Source: an uncultured delta proteobacterium
GTDB lineage: Bacteria; Desulfobacterota; BSN033; UBA1163
Reading direction: 5' to 3'
NCBI GenBank assembly: GCA_963708295.1
Contig: CAVPSJ010000007.1
Span: forward strand, 1 to 64,000
Length of the DNA: 64,000 nucleotides
Made by a program: the position numbers and the translations under genes. Numbering within the stretch: position 1 is the first letter of the stretch; every line of letters begins with the position of its first letter. The notes beneath the pieces were generated by a model, which had not been told where the DNA came from, searched no databases, and worked only from the letters and a program-made list of their open reading frames with translations. Shown one piece after another: positions 51,931 through 61,363 of this stretch.

Positions 51931-52383
51931 CTATACCAGCTCTTTTACCAAAGCAGTTTCATCGCAATCCGGAAATTTTACACACCTCAGGCAGTCGGTC
52001 CAGATTTTGTGCGGGAGGGCTGTCTTATCCACTTTCTTGAAACCTAATCTTTCAAAGAATTCAGCCTGGTAAGTGAGCGCAAAGACTCTCTTCACCCCTA
52101 AGAATTTCGACTCCTTCAAGCATTCTCTCACCAACTTTGCGCCGATTCCTTTGCTCTGATCTTTCTCTTCTACCGCCAGGGACCGTATTTCCGCCAAATC
52201 CTCCCAGCAGATGTGAAGGGCACAGATGCCTACGACGTTGCGGTTCCTGATGAAAACAAAAAAATCCCTGAGATGGTCATAGAGTTCGCTCAGAGACCGG
52301 GGGAGAATCCCTCCCCGGGGAGCGTAGACTTTAAGAAGCCGCTGAATCTCTTTGATGTCATCGAGTTTCGCCTTTCGAATCAT
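51931..52383 (-). CDS. Short amino-acid N-acetyltransferase (ArgA-like GNAT)
   Basis: 'LPRSLSELYDHLRDF', 'WEDLAEIRSLAV', 'LPHKIWTDCLRC.KFPDCDE'. Confidence 0.88.
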   Translation of the reverse strand: MIRKAKLDDIKEIQRLLKVYAPRGGILPRSLSELYDHLRDFFVFIRNRNVVGICALHICWEDLAEIRSLAVEEKDQSKGIGAKLVRECLKESKFLGVKRVFALTYQAEFFERLGFKKVDKTALPHKIWTDCLRCVKFPDCDETALVKELV

Positions 52384-52418
52384 CGTTTTTCTCTCCGTCG
52401 AGAATTCCCCTCATACTC

Positions 52419-54098
52419 TTATGCCTTCTTGGCGCTTTCAACCATTTCTCTGGCATGGGCTTTGGTCTTCTCCGTAACCTTCACCCCTCCCAACATCCTG
52501 GCTATTTCATCCACGATCGACTCCTTATCCAGTCGATCCACCAAGGTCGTGGTCCGCCCTGATTTTACCTCTTTCCTCACACTGTGGTGCTGGTCGGCAA
52601 AACAGGCAATCTGAGGAAGGTGAGTGACACAGATCACCTGATGATGCCGGGAAAGTTCTTTCAACTTCTTCCCGACCACTTCTGCCATCGCCCCTCCAAT
52701 TCCGGAGTCGACTTCATCGAAGATGAGAACCTGTCTTCCGCCGACCTTGGCCAAAATTCTTTTCATGGCCAGCATGATTCGTGAGAGCTCCCCTCCAGAA
52801 GCAATTTTCGCCAGGGGCTTCACCTCCTCGCCGACATTGGGAGAAATCAGAAACTCTACACGATCCACCCCTCTCGGAGAAAGGGGGGCAGACTCCATCC
52901 GGATTTCAAAAATGGTCTTTTTCATGCCCAGAGAATTCAATTCCCTCTCCACCGATTTTTTCAATTCCAATGCCACTTTCTTTCTCTCCCCCGAGAGTCG
53001 CTTCCCCAGATTATCCAACGTTTGCCGGAGCGGCTCCAAAAGGCCTTCCAGTTGGGAAAGCCTTTCTTCATCGGAAGTAAAGGATTCCAACGCTTCATCC
53101 AACTTCTGTTTCAAGGAGAGAACGGCTTCAACAGTCGGCCCATATTTCCTCTTCAGCCGGTCGATCTCCTCCAGCCTGTCCTCAATCTCGTCCAACCTCG
53201 TCGGGTTGATCTCCACCCTTCTCGAATACTCTCGAAGCGTGAGCGCGGCCTCCTCCAGCTGAATGAGGACGGAATCCAGGGCCTTCAAGGGTTGAGAAAG
53301 GAAAGGATCAACCGCCGCTGCCTCCCGGCACTGAGTAAGTACGTTCTGGACCCTTTCGATCGCTGAACCTTCTTCGGAATAAAGCGCTTCTTCGGCGGCA
53401 AGGGCAAAATCCATCAATTTCTTCGCATGGGTGAGGAGGATTCGGTCCTCCTTCATAGACTCTTCTTCTCCAATTTGGATTCCGGAAGTTTCAATCTCCC
53501 TCGACTGGAAAGCCATTAGGTCTCGTTCCTTCGCTTTTTTCTCCCTCTCATCCCGGATCTTTTGAACCTCTTCAGATAAAGAGATAAATTCCAGGTACTG
53601 TCTTTGAAATTCCTCTCGGAGTCCGACCAGTCCCCCGAATTCATCCAGAATACCAAGGTGCGTCTCTACCCGCTGAAGCGTTTGATGTTCGTGCTGACCG
53701 TAGATGCTGAGGAGCCCTTCTCCGACCTCCGAAAGCACTCCGAGAGTGGACAGATTTCCATTGATAAAGACCTTTCCCCGGCCGCTTCGGGAGATCACGC
53801 GGCGAATGAGGAGGGAATCCTCTTCTCCGGTGCCCTGCAGATGCGGAGCCTTCTCTTTTATCTTCTCCCTGATCTCTGAATTTCCACAGAGGTCGAAGAG
53901 GGCCTCCACGTTTGCCTCTTCTTCTGAACTACGAATCCATTCCTCGGTCGCTTTATCCCCTAAAAGCAGGTGGACGGCATTGAGGATAATGGACTTCCCC
54001 GCTCCCGTCTCGCCGCTGAGGATATTGAAGCCTTTGGAGAAGGACAAATTCAGCTCATCGATGATAGCAAAATTCTTGATTCGAAGCTCGATCAACAT
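52419..54098 (-). CDS. recN: DNA repair protein RecN
   Basis: 'SGETGAGKS', 'IYGQH', 'ASGGELSR', 'FDEVDSGIGG', 'VTHLPQIA'. Confidence 0.97.
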   Translation of the reverse strand: MLIELRIKNFAIIDELNLSFSKGFNILSGETGAGKSIILNAVHLLLGDKATEEWIRSSEEEANVEALFDLCGNSEIREKIKEKAPHLQGTGEEDSLLIRRVISRSGRGKVFINGNLSTLGVLSEVGEGLLSIYGQHEHQTLQRVETHLGILDEFGGLVGLREEFQRQYLEFISLSEEVQKIRDEREKKAKERDLMAFQSREIETSGIQIGEEESMKEDRILLTHAKKLMDFALAAEEALYSEEGSAIERVQNVLTQCREAAAVDPFLSQPLKALDSVLIQLEEAALTLREYSRRVEINPTRLDEIEDRLEEIDRLKRKYGPTVEAVLSLKQKLDEALESFTSDEERLSQLEGLLEPLRQTLDNLGKRLSGERKKVALELKKSVERELNSLGMKKTIFEIRMESAPLSPRGVDRVEFLISPNVGEEVKPLAKIASGGELSRIMLAMKRILAKVGGRQVLIFDEVDSGIGGAMAEVVGKKLKELSRHHQVICVTHLPQIACFADQHHSVRKEVKSGRTTTLVDRLDKESIVDEIARMLGGVKVTEKTKAHAREMVESAKKA

Positions 54099-54110
54099 AG
54101 AATTAGAGTA

Positions 54111-54193
54111 ATGAGTTCGGAGTTCATGGTTCGGAGCCCGAAAACTATTCAGAAAATCTAACACTCCGAGCTCCCAACTCCCAACTCCGAGCT
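54111..54193. repeat. Inverted arms of 7-nt tandem repeats (GGAGTTC/ACTCCGA type) between nadK and recN
   Basis: tgagttc ggagttc atggttc ggagccc ... actccga gctccca actccca actccga gct. Confidence 0.8.
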
Positions 54194-54197
54194 ATCA

Positions 54198-55082
54198 TTA
54201 TCTTTCCCCCCATTTTAGCTTTTCCCTCAGCAATTCAAAATACTGCCGGTAGGGCGATTTGATCAGAAGGATGCGCCCTTCCGCCTTTTCGACCTCCACC
54301 ACGTCCTCAAATTCCAGAGTGAATCCCTGCTGGCCATCCAACGTGAGAGTCACTTCTTCGTCTCTCGATTTCAGCAACGCCCGAATCTTCACATCATCGG
54401 GAATAATAATAGGACGGATCGTTAAGGTATGAGGGCAAATGGGCGTGATGATGATCGTATGGAGCGAGGGGTAGACAATCGGTCCTCCGGCGGAAAGATT
54501 ATAGGCGGTGGAACCTGTGGGTGTCGATATAATTAACCCGTCCGATCTGAAAGTCGACAAATATTCGCCGTTAACCGTGGTCTCCAGATCAATGATTCGT
54601 GCCAGGGCTCCTTTGTTGATCACCGCATCGTTCAGCACGATGAATTCCGCAATCCGCTTCCCACTTCGAATCACACCCGCATTCAAAACTTCTCTCTCGT
54701 TGGTGGCAAAGTCATCTTGAACGATTCTCTCCAGGACAGGGTACAATTCATCCAAACTGATTTCGGTCAAGAAACCCAGTCCACCCAGGTTGACGCCAAG
54801 GATAGGGATGTTCTTGTTCCATACCTGGCGGGCCACACTGAGAAGCGTCCCATCTCCTCCCAGGACGATGATCATCTCCAGATTATCCGGAATTTCATCC
54901 CTCTCGATGGACTTCCAATGCCCCCCGGAGGGGGAGACGGGAAGGAGTTTTCCAAATTCTGCGTCAAGATAGACTTTGATCTTCCTCGTCGACAGCCATT
55001 CCACCAGATGGCTTGCAATCGTGACAACCTCCGGTTTATTCCTCTTCGCAACGATGCCGATTCGATTCATTGCAGACCCCAT
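54198..55082 (-). CDS. nadK: NAD kinase
   Basis: 'LGGDGT', 'NLGGLGFL', 'LND', 'DGLIISTPTGSTAYNLSAGG'. Confidence 0.96.
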   Translation of the reverse strand: MGSAMNRIGIVAKRNKPEVVTIASHLVEWLSTRKIKVYLDAEFGKLLPVSPSGGHWKSIERDEIPDNLEMIIVLGGDGTLLSVARQVWNKNIPILGVNLGGLGFLTEISLDELYPVLERIVQDDFATNEREVLNAGVIRSGKRIAEFIVLNDAVINKGALARIIDLETTVNGEYLSTFRSDGLIISTPTGSTAYNLSAGGPIVYPSLHTIIITPICPHTLTIRPIIIPDDVKIRALLKSRDEEVTLTLDGQQGFTLEFEDVVEVEKAEGRILLIKSPYRQYFELLREKLKWGER

Positions 55083-55087
55083 TCACC

Positions 55088-55155
55088 CCGTATCTCGTGT
55101 CCGTTTCCATGTCCGGAAGAAAACAATTTAAAGGGACGCGGTCAAAGACGTGTCC
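55088..55155. repeat. Inverted arms of 6-nt repeats (CGTGTC type)
   Basis: cgtatc tcgtgtc cgtttc catgtc cg ... ggacgc ggtcaa agacgt g; same unit as the flanks of the four-helix-bundle gene. Confidence 0.55.
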
Positions 55156-56187
55156 TTACATAAGATGATACTTTATTCGAATCTTTTTTGACAACTCCTT
55201 TAGCACCTCAAACGCTTTCTCAACGGTCTTCTCCTTATCCACATTCAGCAGGTTGCAGGTTGCCGGTGCCAGAAGCGATTGTCGAAGGAGTCTCTTTGAA
55301 TCGATTCCCTTCAGAGAGAGAGCCTCCCAAAAACTTTCCAACCTCTCCATCAGAGAATCAATAGTCTCCTGCTCCAAAAGCTCTGTGTACGTAGGGACAA
55401 TCCCCCAGGAAAGGACTCCTCCCCTCTCTACAAATTCTTTCAGGGAGGGGTAGTGGACGATCATGGCCCCGGAATTCAAGGAATCGAAGGAAAGGATATC
55501 TATCTTTGATTTGAGGAGAAAATCCCAATCCGGCTTGGCACAAAGATGAACCCCTTTGGGTCCTTCCAGCCCTTCCAAAAACCGATCAAAATCAGTCTTC
55601 GCCTGGAACTCGTTGTATCCGGATAACGCATTGAAGATGAGCGCCAATCCGGGATCATCGACCCATACAAAGGCATTGGGGTTTCTCTCTTTCAATTCCC
55701 GGTATTGTCGATTCACTTTCTTTTGAATAAAATCGAATAAAACCTCTTTGACCTCATCATGATAATTGATCGATTTTTGGTTCTCGTCCACGATCTTCAT
55801 CCCCAGACTGATGGGACTGATCACCTGGCCCCGGATGGCGGCGTAATGAGAGAGGTCTCTTTCCAAAAAACGATGGTAGACGAGAGAAAACTCTTTTGTC
55901 AATTCAAAGGTCCCGGGGTCATCTGCCTTCTCAAAATAGGAAGGAAGCTCCTGTTCGAAACGGGAAAGGTTGAAATCGATTTTTTGATGGACCGGGTCGA
56001 TTCTCACCCCCGGAAAATTCTCCAGAGCCTGCACGTACATGTCCTCGAAGTAACTGACCTTCGGAAGTTGGGGCCAAAATGGGATGTCGAGGGTCAAGGC
56101 GACGTCCAGAGCTCTCTGAACATCTTGGTGAGGCATAATGCCCATAGCAGTGGTCTGACAATTGGGCGAGAAACCTAGGGCGACCAT
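55156..56187 (-). CDS. Cobalamin-independent methionine synthase (MetE C-domain)-like protein
   Basis: 'IPFWPQLP', 'GQVISP', 'VDDP', 'GVHLCA..DW', 'WGIVPT', 'PATC' (HxC...C zinc-ligand pattern). Confidence 0.7.
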   Translation of the reverse strand: MVALGFSPNCQTTAMGIMPHQDVQRALDVALTLDIPFWPQLPKVSYFEDMYVQALENFPGVRIDPVHQKIDFNLSRFEQELPSYFEKADDPGTFELTKEFSLVYHRFLERDLSHYAAIRGQVISPISLGMKIVDENQKSINYHDEVKEVLFDFIQKKVNRQYRELKERNPNAFVWVDDPGLALIFNALSGYNEFQAKTDFDRFLEGLEGPKGVHLCAKPDWDFLLKSKIDILSFDSLNSGAMIVHYPSLKEFVERGGVLSWGIVPTYTELLEQETIDSLMERLESFWEALSLKGIDSKRLLRQSLLAPATCNLLNVDKEKTVEKAFEVLKELSKKIRIKYHLM

Positions 56188-56903
56188 TATGGGAGTCCTT
56201 CCAACAGGCGGACCAGCCTGCGAATCTCTCCCCGATTCGGGAGAAGGGGATCTAACATTAAAGCGGTTTTCAGATGGTAAAGGGCCTTTTGTTTGTTCTG
56301 AAATTCATACCAGTAGATTTGCCCGAGATTGAGATGGGCAAGGGCGTAGGAGGGGGAAATTCTAATTTCCAACTCCAATTCTCTGACGGCTTTATCAAAC
56401 TTCTTTTGGGCCATATAGACAACGGCTAAGAGATTGTGAACCTCTGGAATATAAGGGAATATACTGAGAAATTTCTGAAAAGCTTTTTCAGATTCCTCAT
56501 ATTGGCCGGTTTCAAAATAGATCTGCCCGAGAGAATAATAGGCCAAACTAAAACCCCGATCCACTTCGAGTGTCTTCTTCTCCATCTCGATCGCCTTCTG
56601 GGCATCTCCCATTTGCTTGTAGGTAAGGCCAAGGATGTAATACGCCTCCCCATGCTTCGGATCGAGTTGTATTGCCCTTTGTGCGGCCTCAAGAGATCGA
56701 TCATAGGCCCCTGCATTAAAATAGGCAAACCCGAGTTGAATATACGGTCTTGCTTTTCTTGGGGATTTCTTCACACAATCGACGCAGAGTCCTATCTCGT
56801 CATTCCAAATGTTATTCCTCGAAAGGGCCCCGGCAGAGAGGAGCAGGATGATGGCTCCGAAGATTACGATCTCTAAGAGATGGGGTTTCATCCGCTCGAT
56901 CAA
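56187..56903 (-). CDS. Membrane-anchored TPR protein
   Basis: TM, then 'RNNIWNDE..L..D.VKKSP.KAR' and about 5 TPRs. Confidence 0.85.
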   Translation of the reverse strand: MIERMKPHLLEIVIFGAIILLLSAGALSRNNIWNDEIGLCVDCVKKSPRKARPYIQLGFAYFNAGAYDRSLEAAQRAIQLDPKHGEAYYILGLTYKQMGDAQKAIEMEKKTLEVDRGFSLAYYSLGQIYFETGQYEESEKAFQKFLSIFPYIPEVHNLLAVVYMAQKKFDKAVRELELEIRISPSYALAHLNLGQIYWYEFQNKQKALYHLKTALMLDPLLPNRGEIRRLVRLLEGLP

Positions 56904-57658
56904 TTCTCTTTCCCCTTCTTCTGTCTTTGGGCCGCCTCTAGCGCTAAGACAACCTTACCAATTTTTTCAGCATCAAGTAGACCGGGATGACTCAGCGCCT
57001 TTCTATAATGGGCAAGTGCCCCAGGATAATCTCGGATGGCCTCATAACTCTCCCCTAAGTAAAGGTGGGCATAAATATTATCGGGATGAACTCTCAGCTC
57101 TTCGTGAAATGACCGGATCGCCTTATCCCATTTCTTTAGCCCGTTATAAGCGAGTCCCATATGATTGTGCCCATTTTCATAGTCAGGCTTGACTTGTAGA
57201 AGTTTCTCAAAAGTCTGAACGGCATCTTTGTGGAGACCTTTTTTGTGATACGCAAGGCCAAGATTGTAAAGACAATCCGGGAAATTTGAATTCAATTCGA
57301 CTGCCCTCTTGTAGTGATCAATGGCCTCATCCATCAGTCCTTTTTCGTAATAAACCAGGCCTAAGTTATACAACGACAGGAAATAGGAAGGATTCAAGCT
57401 TAATGCCTCCTCATATTCCTGTTGAGCATCATTCAACCTTTTTAGTTCGTGATAGGCAAGACCTAAATTGTGGTGAGTCCTCTCTTTATGAAGAGACTTT
57501 CTCATGCAGTCCTTCCATAACTCTACTTCACTTTTCCATACAGCATTCCTTCGATAAGTTCCCGCGAGCAGGAAGATCACAATAAAAAATAGAATCAACC
57601 AGTCAAGGATCTCCCCTGTGGGCTTTTTCGTATTCATACTAGGGGTTTGATTGACCAA
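56900..57658 (-). CDS. Membrane-anchored TPR protein
   Basis: TM, then 'RNAVWKSE..LWKD..RKS..K.R' and 'HNLGLAY'/'YNLGL' TPRs. Confidence 0.85.
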   Translation of the reverse strand: MVNQTPSMNTKKPTGEILDWLILFFIVIFLLAGTYRRNAVWKSEVELWKDCMRKSLHKERTHHNLGLAYHELKRLNDAQQEYEEALSLNPSYFLSLYNLGLVYYEKGLMDEAIDHYKRAVELNSNFPDCLYNLGLAYHKKGLHKDAVQTFEKLLQVKPDYENGHNHMGLAYNGLKKWDKAIRSFHEELRVHPDNIYAHLYLGESYEAIRDYPGALAHYRKALSHPGLLDAEKIGKVVLALEAAQRQKKGKEN

Positions 57659-58910
57659 CCCCCGGGGTGGGTTTCAAGAAGGAGGTTCTGTTCTTGATTT
57701 TTTCTATGCCTCTTATCATCATGAGACTGAATAAAACGAAAGGACCCACGGCCGGGAGATAAAGCCTGTGTTCATATACCATTTCCAAAGGGAAAATAGA
57801 TGATTCAATGACCAAGTTTCCGAAATACCATAAAACAAAGAAGGAAAGGACAGGCTTTTTTCTAGCGACCCAGATGCTATATCCCACTATCCCAGCGATG
57901 ATTAAGATGGAGATCAGTGTCGTAGCAGGATCAAGAATCGTCTTTGAAATGGGAAAATCATAATCCAGATTGAGACGGGAGGGATGCGGATAAATAAGGA
58001 GGGTGACATAATAGAGGACGACCCTGAACTGAGTCAGCACCCTCTCCGACATCGTGAACGTCCGATATTGGTAACCCACTATCGTGAGATCAATATACCT
58101 TCTTCCCCAGAAGATAAATCCGAACGCCCCCACAACGACCACAATGCCAATGAGAACAAGAAGAATATTCTTACCCCTCGGGCTCAGGTCCAATTTTTGA
58201 AAAAAATAGAACTCATAGAGAGCAATAAACAATGGGAGGATGGCTACATTCTCTTTTGAAAAAACCCCGAGTAGATAACTCAACACCATTCCTCCAAAGT
58301 AAAGGGTCCGGAGTAGACCCGTTGTTAATCTTCCCTTAACATAGAGGATCAGGGAGAGGAGATAGAACATCCCGGCCATACTGGTCATCCTTTGAACAAT
58401 ATAGGTGACCGATTGGGTTTGAATAGGATGGGAGATAAAGATTAGACTTGAAAAAAGAGCCACTTTGTATGAAATGGCCCCATACCTTTCTTTTAAGGAC
58501 GGTAGATTGAAGGTCAGGAGAAGGAACCAGTATAAGAAGATTCCTGAAGCGACATGGATAACAAAATTTACTAAATGATAACCAAAAACGTCGAAACCTC
58601 CAAAATAGTAATTCACGGCTATGGTAAAGAATGAAAAAACTCGAATCGTTTCCTTGTAAGTATGCGTGACCAACTGAACCAATCGATCCAATGTGAAAAC
58701 TCTTATCTGGATGTTGGGATTTAGGGTAATCTGGGGCCGATCGTCGAAATGGAATGGAGCATGAAAAGTGTTGGAATAGGCTAACAGCGCCACTCCGGCA
58801 ATCAGTCCCACGGCAATGAGATGGTGAATGACGGGTCGACGTTTCAAGCCTGTTTTTGGGAGGATCTTCTTCTTCTGATCTGATTTTTGATTGTTATTAG
58901 GCTTCGCCAC
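57639..58910 (-). CDS. TMTC-like GT-C glycosyltransferase membrane domain
   Basis: 'YSNTF..PFHFDD', 'YHLVN..IH', 'HPIQTQSVTYIVQR', 'SKEN', 'LNLDY', 'YEHRLYLP'. Confidence 0.82.
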   Translation of the reverse strand: MAKPNNNQKSDQKKKILPKTGLKRRPVIHHLIAVGLIAGVALLAYSNTFHAPFHFDDRPQITLNPNIQIRVFTLDRLVQLVTHTYKETIRVFSFFTIAVNYYFGGFDVFGYHLVNFVIHVASGIFLYWFLLLTFNLPSLKERYGAISYKVALFSSLIFISHPIQTQSVTYIVQRMTSMAGMFYLLSLILYVKGRLTTGLLRTLYFGGMVLSYLLGVFSKENVAILPLFIALYEFYFFQKLDLSPRGKNILLVLIGIVVVVGAFGFIFWGRRYIDLTIVGYQYRTFTMSERVLTQFRVVLYYVTLLIYPHPSRLNLDYDFPISKTILDPATTLISILIIAGIVGYSIWVARKKPVLSFFVLWYFGNLVIESSIFPLEMVYEHRLYLPAVGPFVLFSLMMIRGIEKIKNRTSFLKPTPGVGQSNP

Positions 58911-59844
58911 AGGTCTTCTTTTTCTCTTGTCTCTGGAGTTGTTCGAGTAAGTATATCATTCCAATCAATCCGATTTCAATAAGAGTCATCCAAATACGGG
59001 TGAGAACGGAAAGAATCACTGCGACCGGAGTGGCCATGACAAACGAGAGAAGAAAAACTAATGCTCCTTCTCTTACCCCCAACCCGCTCGGAGCAAAAAT
59101 GGCGATCAATCCCAAAGTGCTTGAAATGGCCAGGGCACCTGTTAAGAACAAAATGGACCGGAGTGCCAAGGGGTAGATCGAGTCGACAAAGAGATAAAAG
59201 CCGAGTCCTCCAACCAACCAGGCCACGATACAGACAGTTAATATCCAGAGAATATCCGAATAAGACGCGGATAAAGAGATAGGCTCCCTCCTGAAGAGAA
59301 CGAGCACCCAATTCATTATCTTTTGAAGAACTTGTGGATGAATAGAGGCGAAGGATAAGATGAAAACGGGAACCAGCCACCAGAGTTGCTTACCGGAATA
59401 AAGATACCTTGTCTCTCGAACCAGAACCGGGGAGGCCAGAAAGATCATCCCGCCTGCTATCACAACTGTGACCATTTCAAAGTACAGCGCAACGGAGATC
59501 AATTTCCTCGGTTTTCCTCTGGATTCGTAAGAGTAGATCCGGCCCAGAAGAAGCCATATCTTCCCCGGCAAATATTTACCCAATTGCGAATAGAACCAAC
59601 TTTTTGTTGTTTCTGGAAAGGAGACTGCGATTTTCAACTTCAACGTGATAAGATACCAGGCCCAAACCTGGATGAAATAGCTGGAAGCAAAAATGAGGGT
59701 AGACAAAATGAGAGGAAAAGCTCGGAGCGTAAAAGGAGTGTCCCTTACCTGACTCCAATTGTCCCATACCATCTTTCCCAAGAAAACAAAAATGGCAAAG
59801 GCAATCACCCATTTTAGGGCCAGTTTGTAATTGAAACGTACCAT
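58897..59844 (-). CDS. LPG-synthase TM / flippase-like (UPF0104) protein
   Basis: 'SQLGKYLPGKIW', 'APSGLGVREG', 'TR'. Confidence 0.82.
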   Translation of the reverse strand: MVRFNYKLALKWVIAFAIFVFLGKMVWDNWSQVRDTPFTLRAFPLILSTLIFASSYFIQVWAWYLITLKLKIAVSFPETTKSWFYSQLGKYLPGKIWLLLGRIYSYESRGKPRKLISVALYFEMVTVVIAGGMIFLASPVLVRETRYLYSGKQLWWLVPVFILSFASIHPQVLQKIMNWVLVLFRREPISLSASYSDILWILTVCIVAWLVGGLGFYLFVDSIYPLALRSILFLTGALAISSTLGLIAIFAPSGLGVREGALVFLLSFVMATPVAVILSVLTRIWMTLIEIGLIGMIYLLEQLQRQEKKKTCGEA

Positions 59845-59850
59845 TATCTT

Positions 59851-60603
59851 TTATCTTTTCGTCAATACCCAGATATAGGTGGGAACCCATGGATAGAAAT
59901 AAGGTGCCAGCACGCGAATACACCTGTATAAATATGAGTTGGGATTAAAAAGCTCGGTCGCAGAAAACTTCTCGGGGTTTTGAATAATGGGAAGAGTATA
60001 ATCGTAGATTTGGAATTTTTGAACTAACTTCTTTAGCCCTCGCAGGGAGAGGTGCTCTTCATAATAAAAACTACCTTTCCCGGTCATTTTAAGATAATAA
60101 TGGGCAAACGATTTGGGAACCCAGGATAGAAAGGGAAGACCGTAATGCCCTTCGAGAATCATATGCTTGTTCCCTGCAGAAAAATAGCAGAAACCTTTCT
60201 CTTTCAGAACACGATAAATTTCATCCATCATCCGATCCGCGTACGGAACATGCTCGTAAATGTGGTTGCATACGATCACATCCACTGAATTGTCGTGGAG
60301 TGGAAGGGCCATGGAATCAGCCATTAGGAATTGAACGCGAGGCGATGAAGAATGATCTTGAGCATATCGAATAGCTTCTTCATCAATATCCATCCCGAAG
60401 GACATCCGGAAATGATTTCCGAGGAGAGAGGTGATAATCCCGCTGGAACATCCGATGTCAAGGCAATTCATGGATGGGGTGCCGGGATTAAAATCTTGGA
60501 GAACGCTTCGGATTTTTTCGGATTTCTGGGTTCGCCCCTCAACATCTTTTAGAACAAAATCCCCTCGGGATAAATGAAGCTGATAACTTCTCTTTTGAGT
60601 CAT
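59851..60603 (-). CDS. Class I SAM methyltransferase
   Basis: 'LDIGCSSG', 'LP..DNSVDV', 'HIYEHV', 'RVLK..G'. Confidence 0.88.
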   Translation of the reverse strand: MTQKRSYQLHLSRGDFVLKDVEGRTQKSEKIRSVLQDFNPGTPSMNCLDIGCSSGIITSLLGNHFRMSFGMDIDEEAIRYAQDHSSSPRVQFLMADSMALPLHDNSVDVIVCNHIYEHVPYADRMMDEIYRVLKEKGFCYFSAGNKHMILEGHYGLPFLSWVPKSFAHYYLKMTGKGSFYYEEHLSLRGLKKLVQKFQIYDYTLPIIQNPEKFSATELFNPNSYLYRCIRVLAPYFYPWVPTYIWVLTKR

Positions 60604-60610
60604 GGCTTCT

Positions 60611-61360
60611 TTAACAGGAATAAGTGGTCCTGATAGTAAGAAATGTAATCCTCTCTTTTCTATTCTTCTTCAATTCCCAAGAGGCGATGCGAGAAAACCA
60701 CTTACGGGGGACCAACCCGTACCGAATCAGATAAAGGAGCCACCATCGGCCCATTCGGATAGGATAATGCTGAAGACATTCCATTCCGGATGAACCAAAG
60801 GCATCCAGGTATTCCTTCAGGCTTGGCCTGTTCCGCTTCGTGTTGTCTGATACTTGCTCTATAAAGTAAAGCCTCCCACCTTTCTTCAAATAACGAGCCA
60901 AACTGGAAAGGGTGTATTTTAATAATTCTTCCTTCATGGTCTGCAAGACACCCACGGAAAGGATGAGGTCAAAGGGATAAGGGAAAACGGGAAAATGAAG
61001 ACCGTCATAGACCGCGAATTCCACATTCTCTGCCACACGATTTTCTTCGGCGAGATCGATCATCTCCCGGGTAATTTCTAATCCCACTACTTTCCTCACC
61101 CTGGGTGCAATCCAATAAGCAACCCTTCCACTGCCACATCCAAAATCCAAAACGACTTCTTCCCTCTTTAACCGCAGCACCTCCTCCAGGGCCGCTTTCT
61201 GGAGAAGGTCAATGTAATCATTCTTATCGCCGATTCGATCCGCTGGATCGATGCCGGACCTCAAGAATCCCTTTTGTGCCCTATTCCCCCAATCTACATT
61301 CTCGGTCAAGTCATTCCTCACCGCGTGCCTGTGGCAGGGCCCGTATTCCTTCCAGAACAT
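60611..61360 (-). CDS. Class I SAM methyltransferase (ends possibly frameshifted)
   Basis: 'VLDFGCGSGR', 'FDLILS', 'LKKGG'. Confidence 0.8.
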   Translation of the reverse strand: MFWKEYGPCHRHAVRNDLTENVDWGNRAQKGFLRSGIDPADRIGDKNDYIDLLQKAALEEVLRLKREEVVLDFGCGSGRVAYWIAPRVRKVVGLEITREMIDLAEENRVAENVEFAVYDGLHFPVFPYPFDLILSVGVLQTMKEELLKYTLSSLARYLKKGGRLYFIEQVSDNTKRNRPSLKEYLDAFGSSGMECLQHYPIRMGRWWLLYLIRYGLVPRKWFSRIASWELKKNRKERITFLTIRTTYSC

Positions 61361-61363
61361 TCT

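Noticed and set aside
54099-54164. N-terminal extension of RecN
   Set aside because: It is translated heptamer repeat; the canonical start MLIELRI is at 54098.
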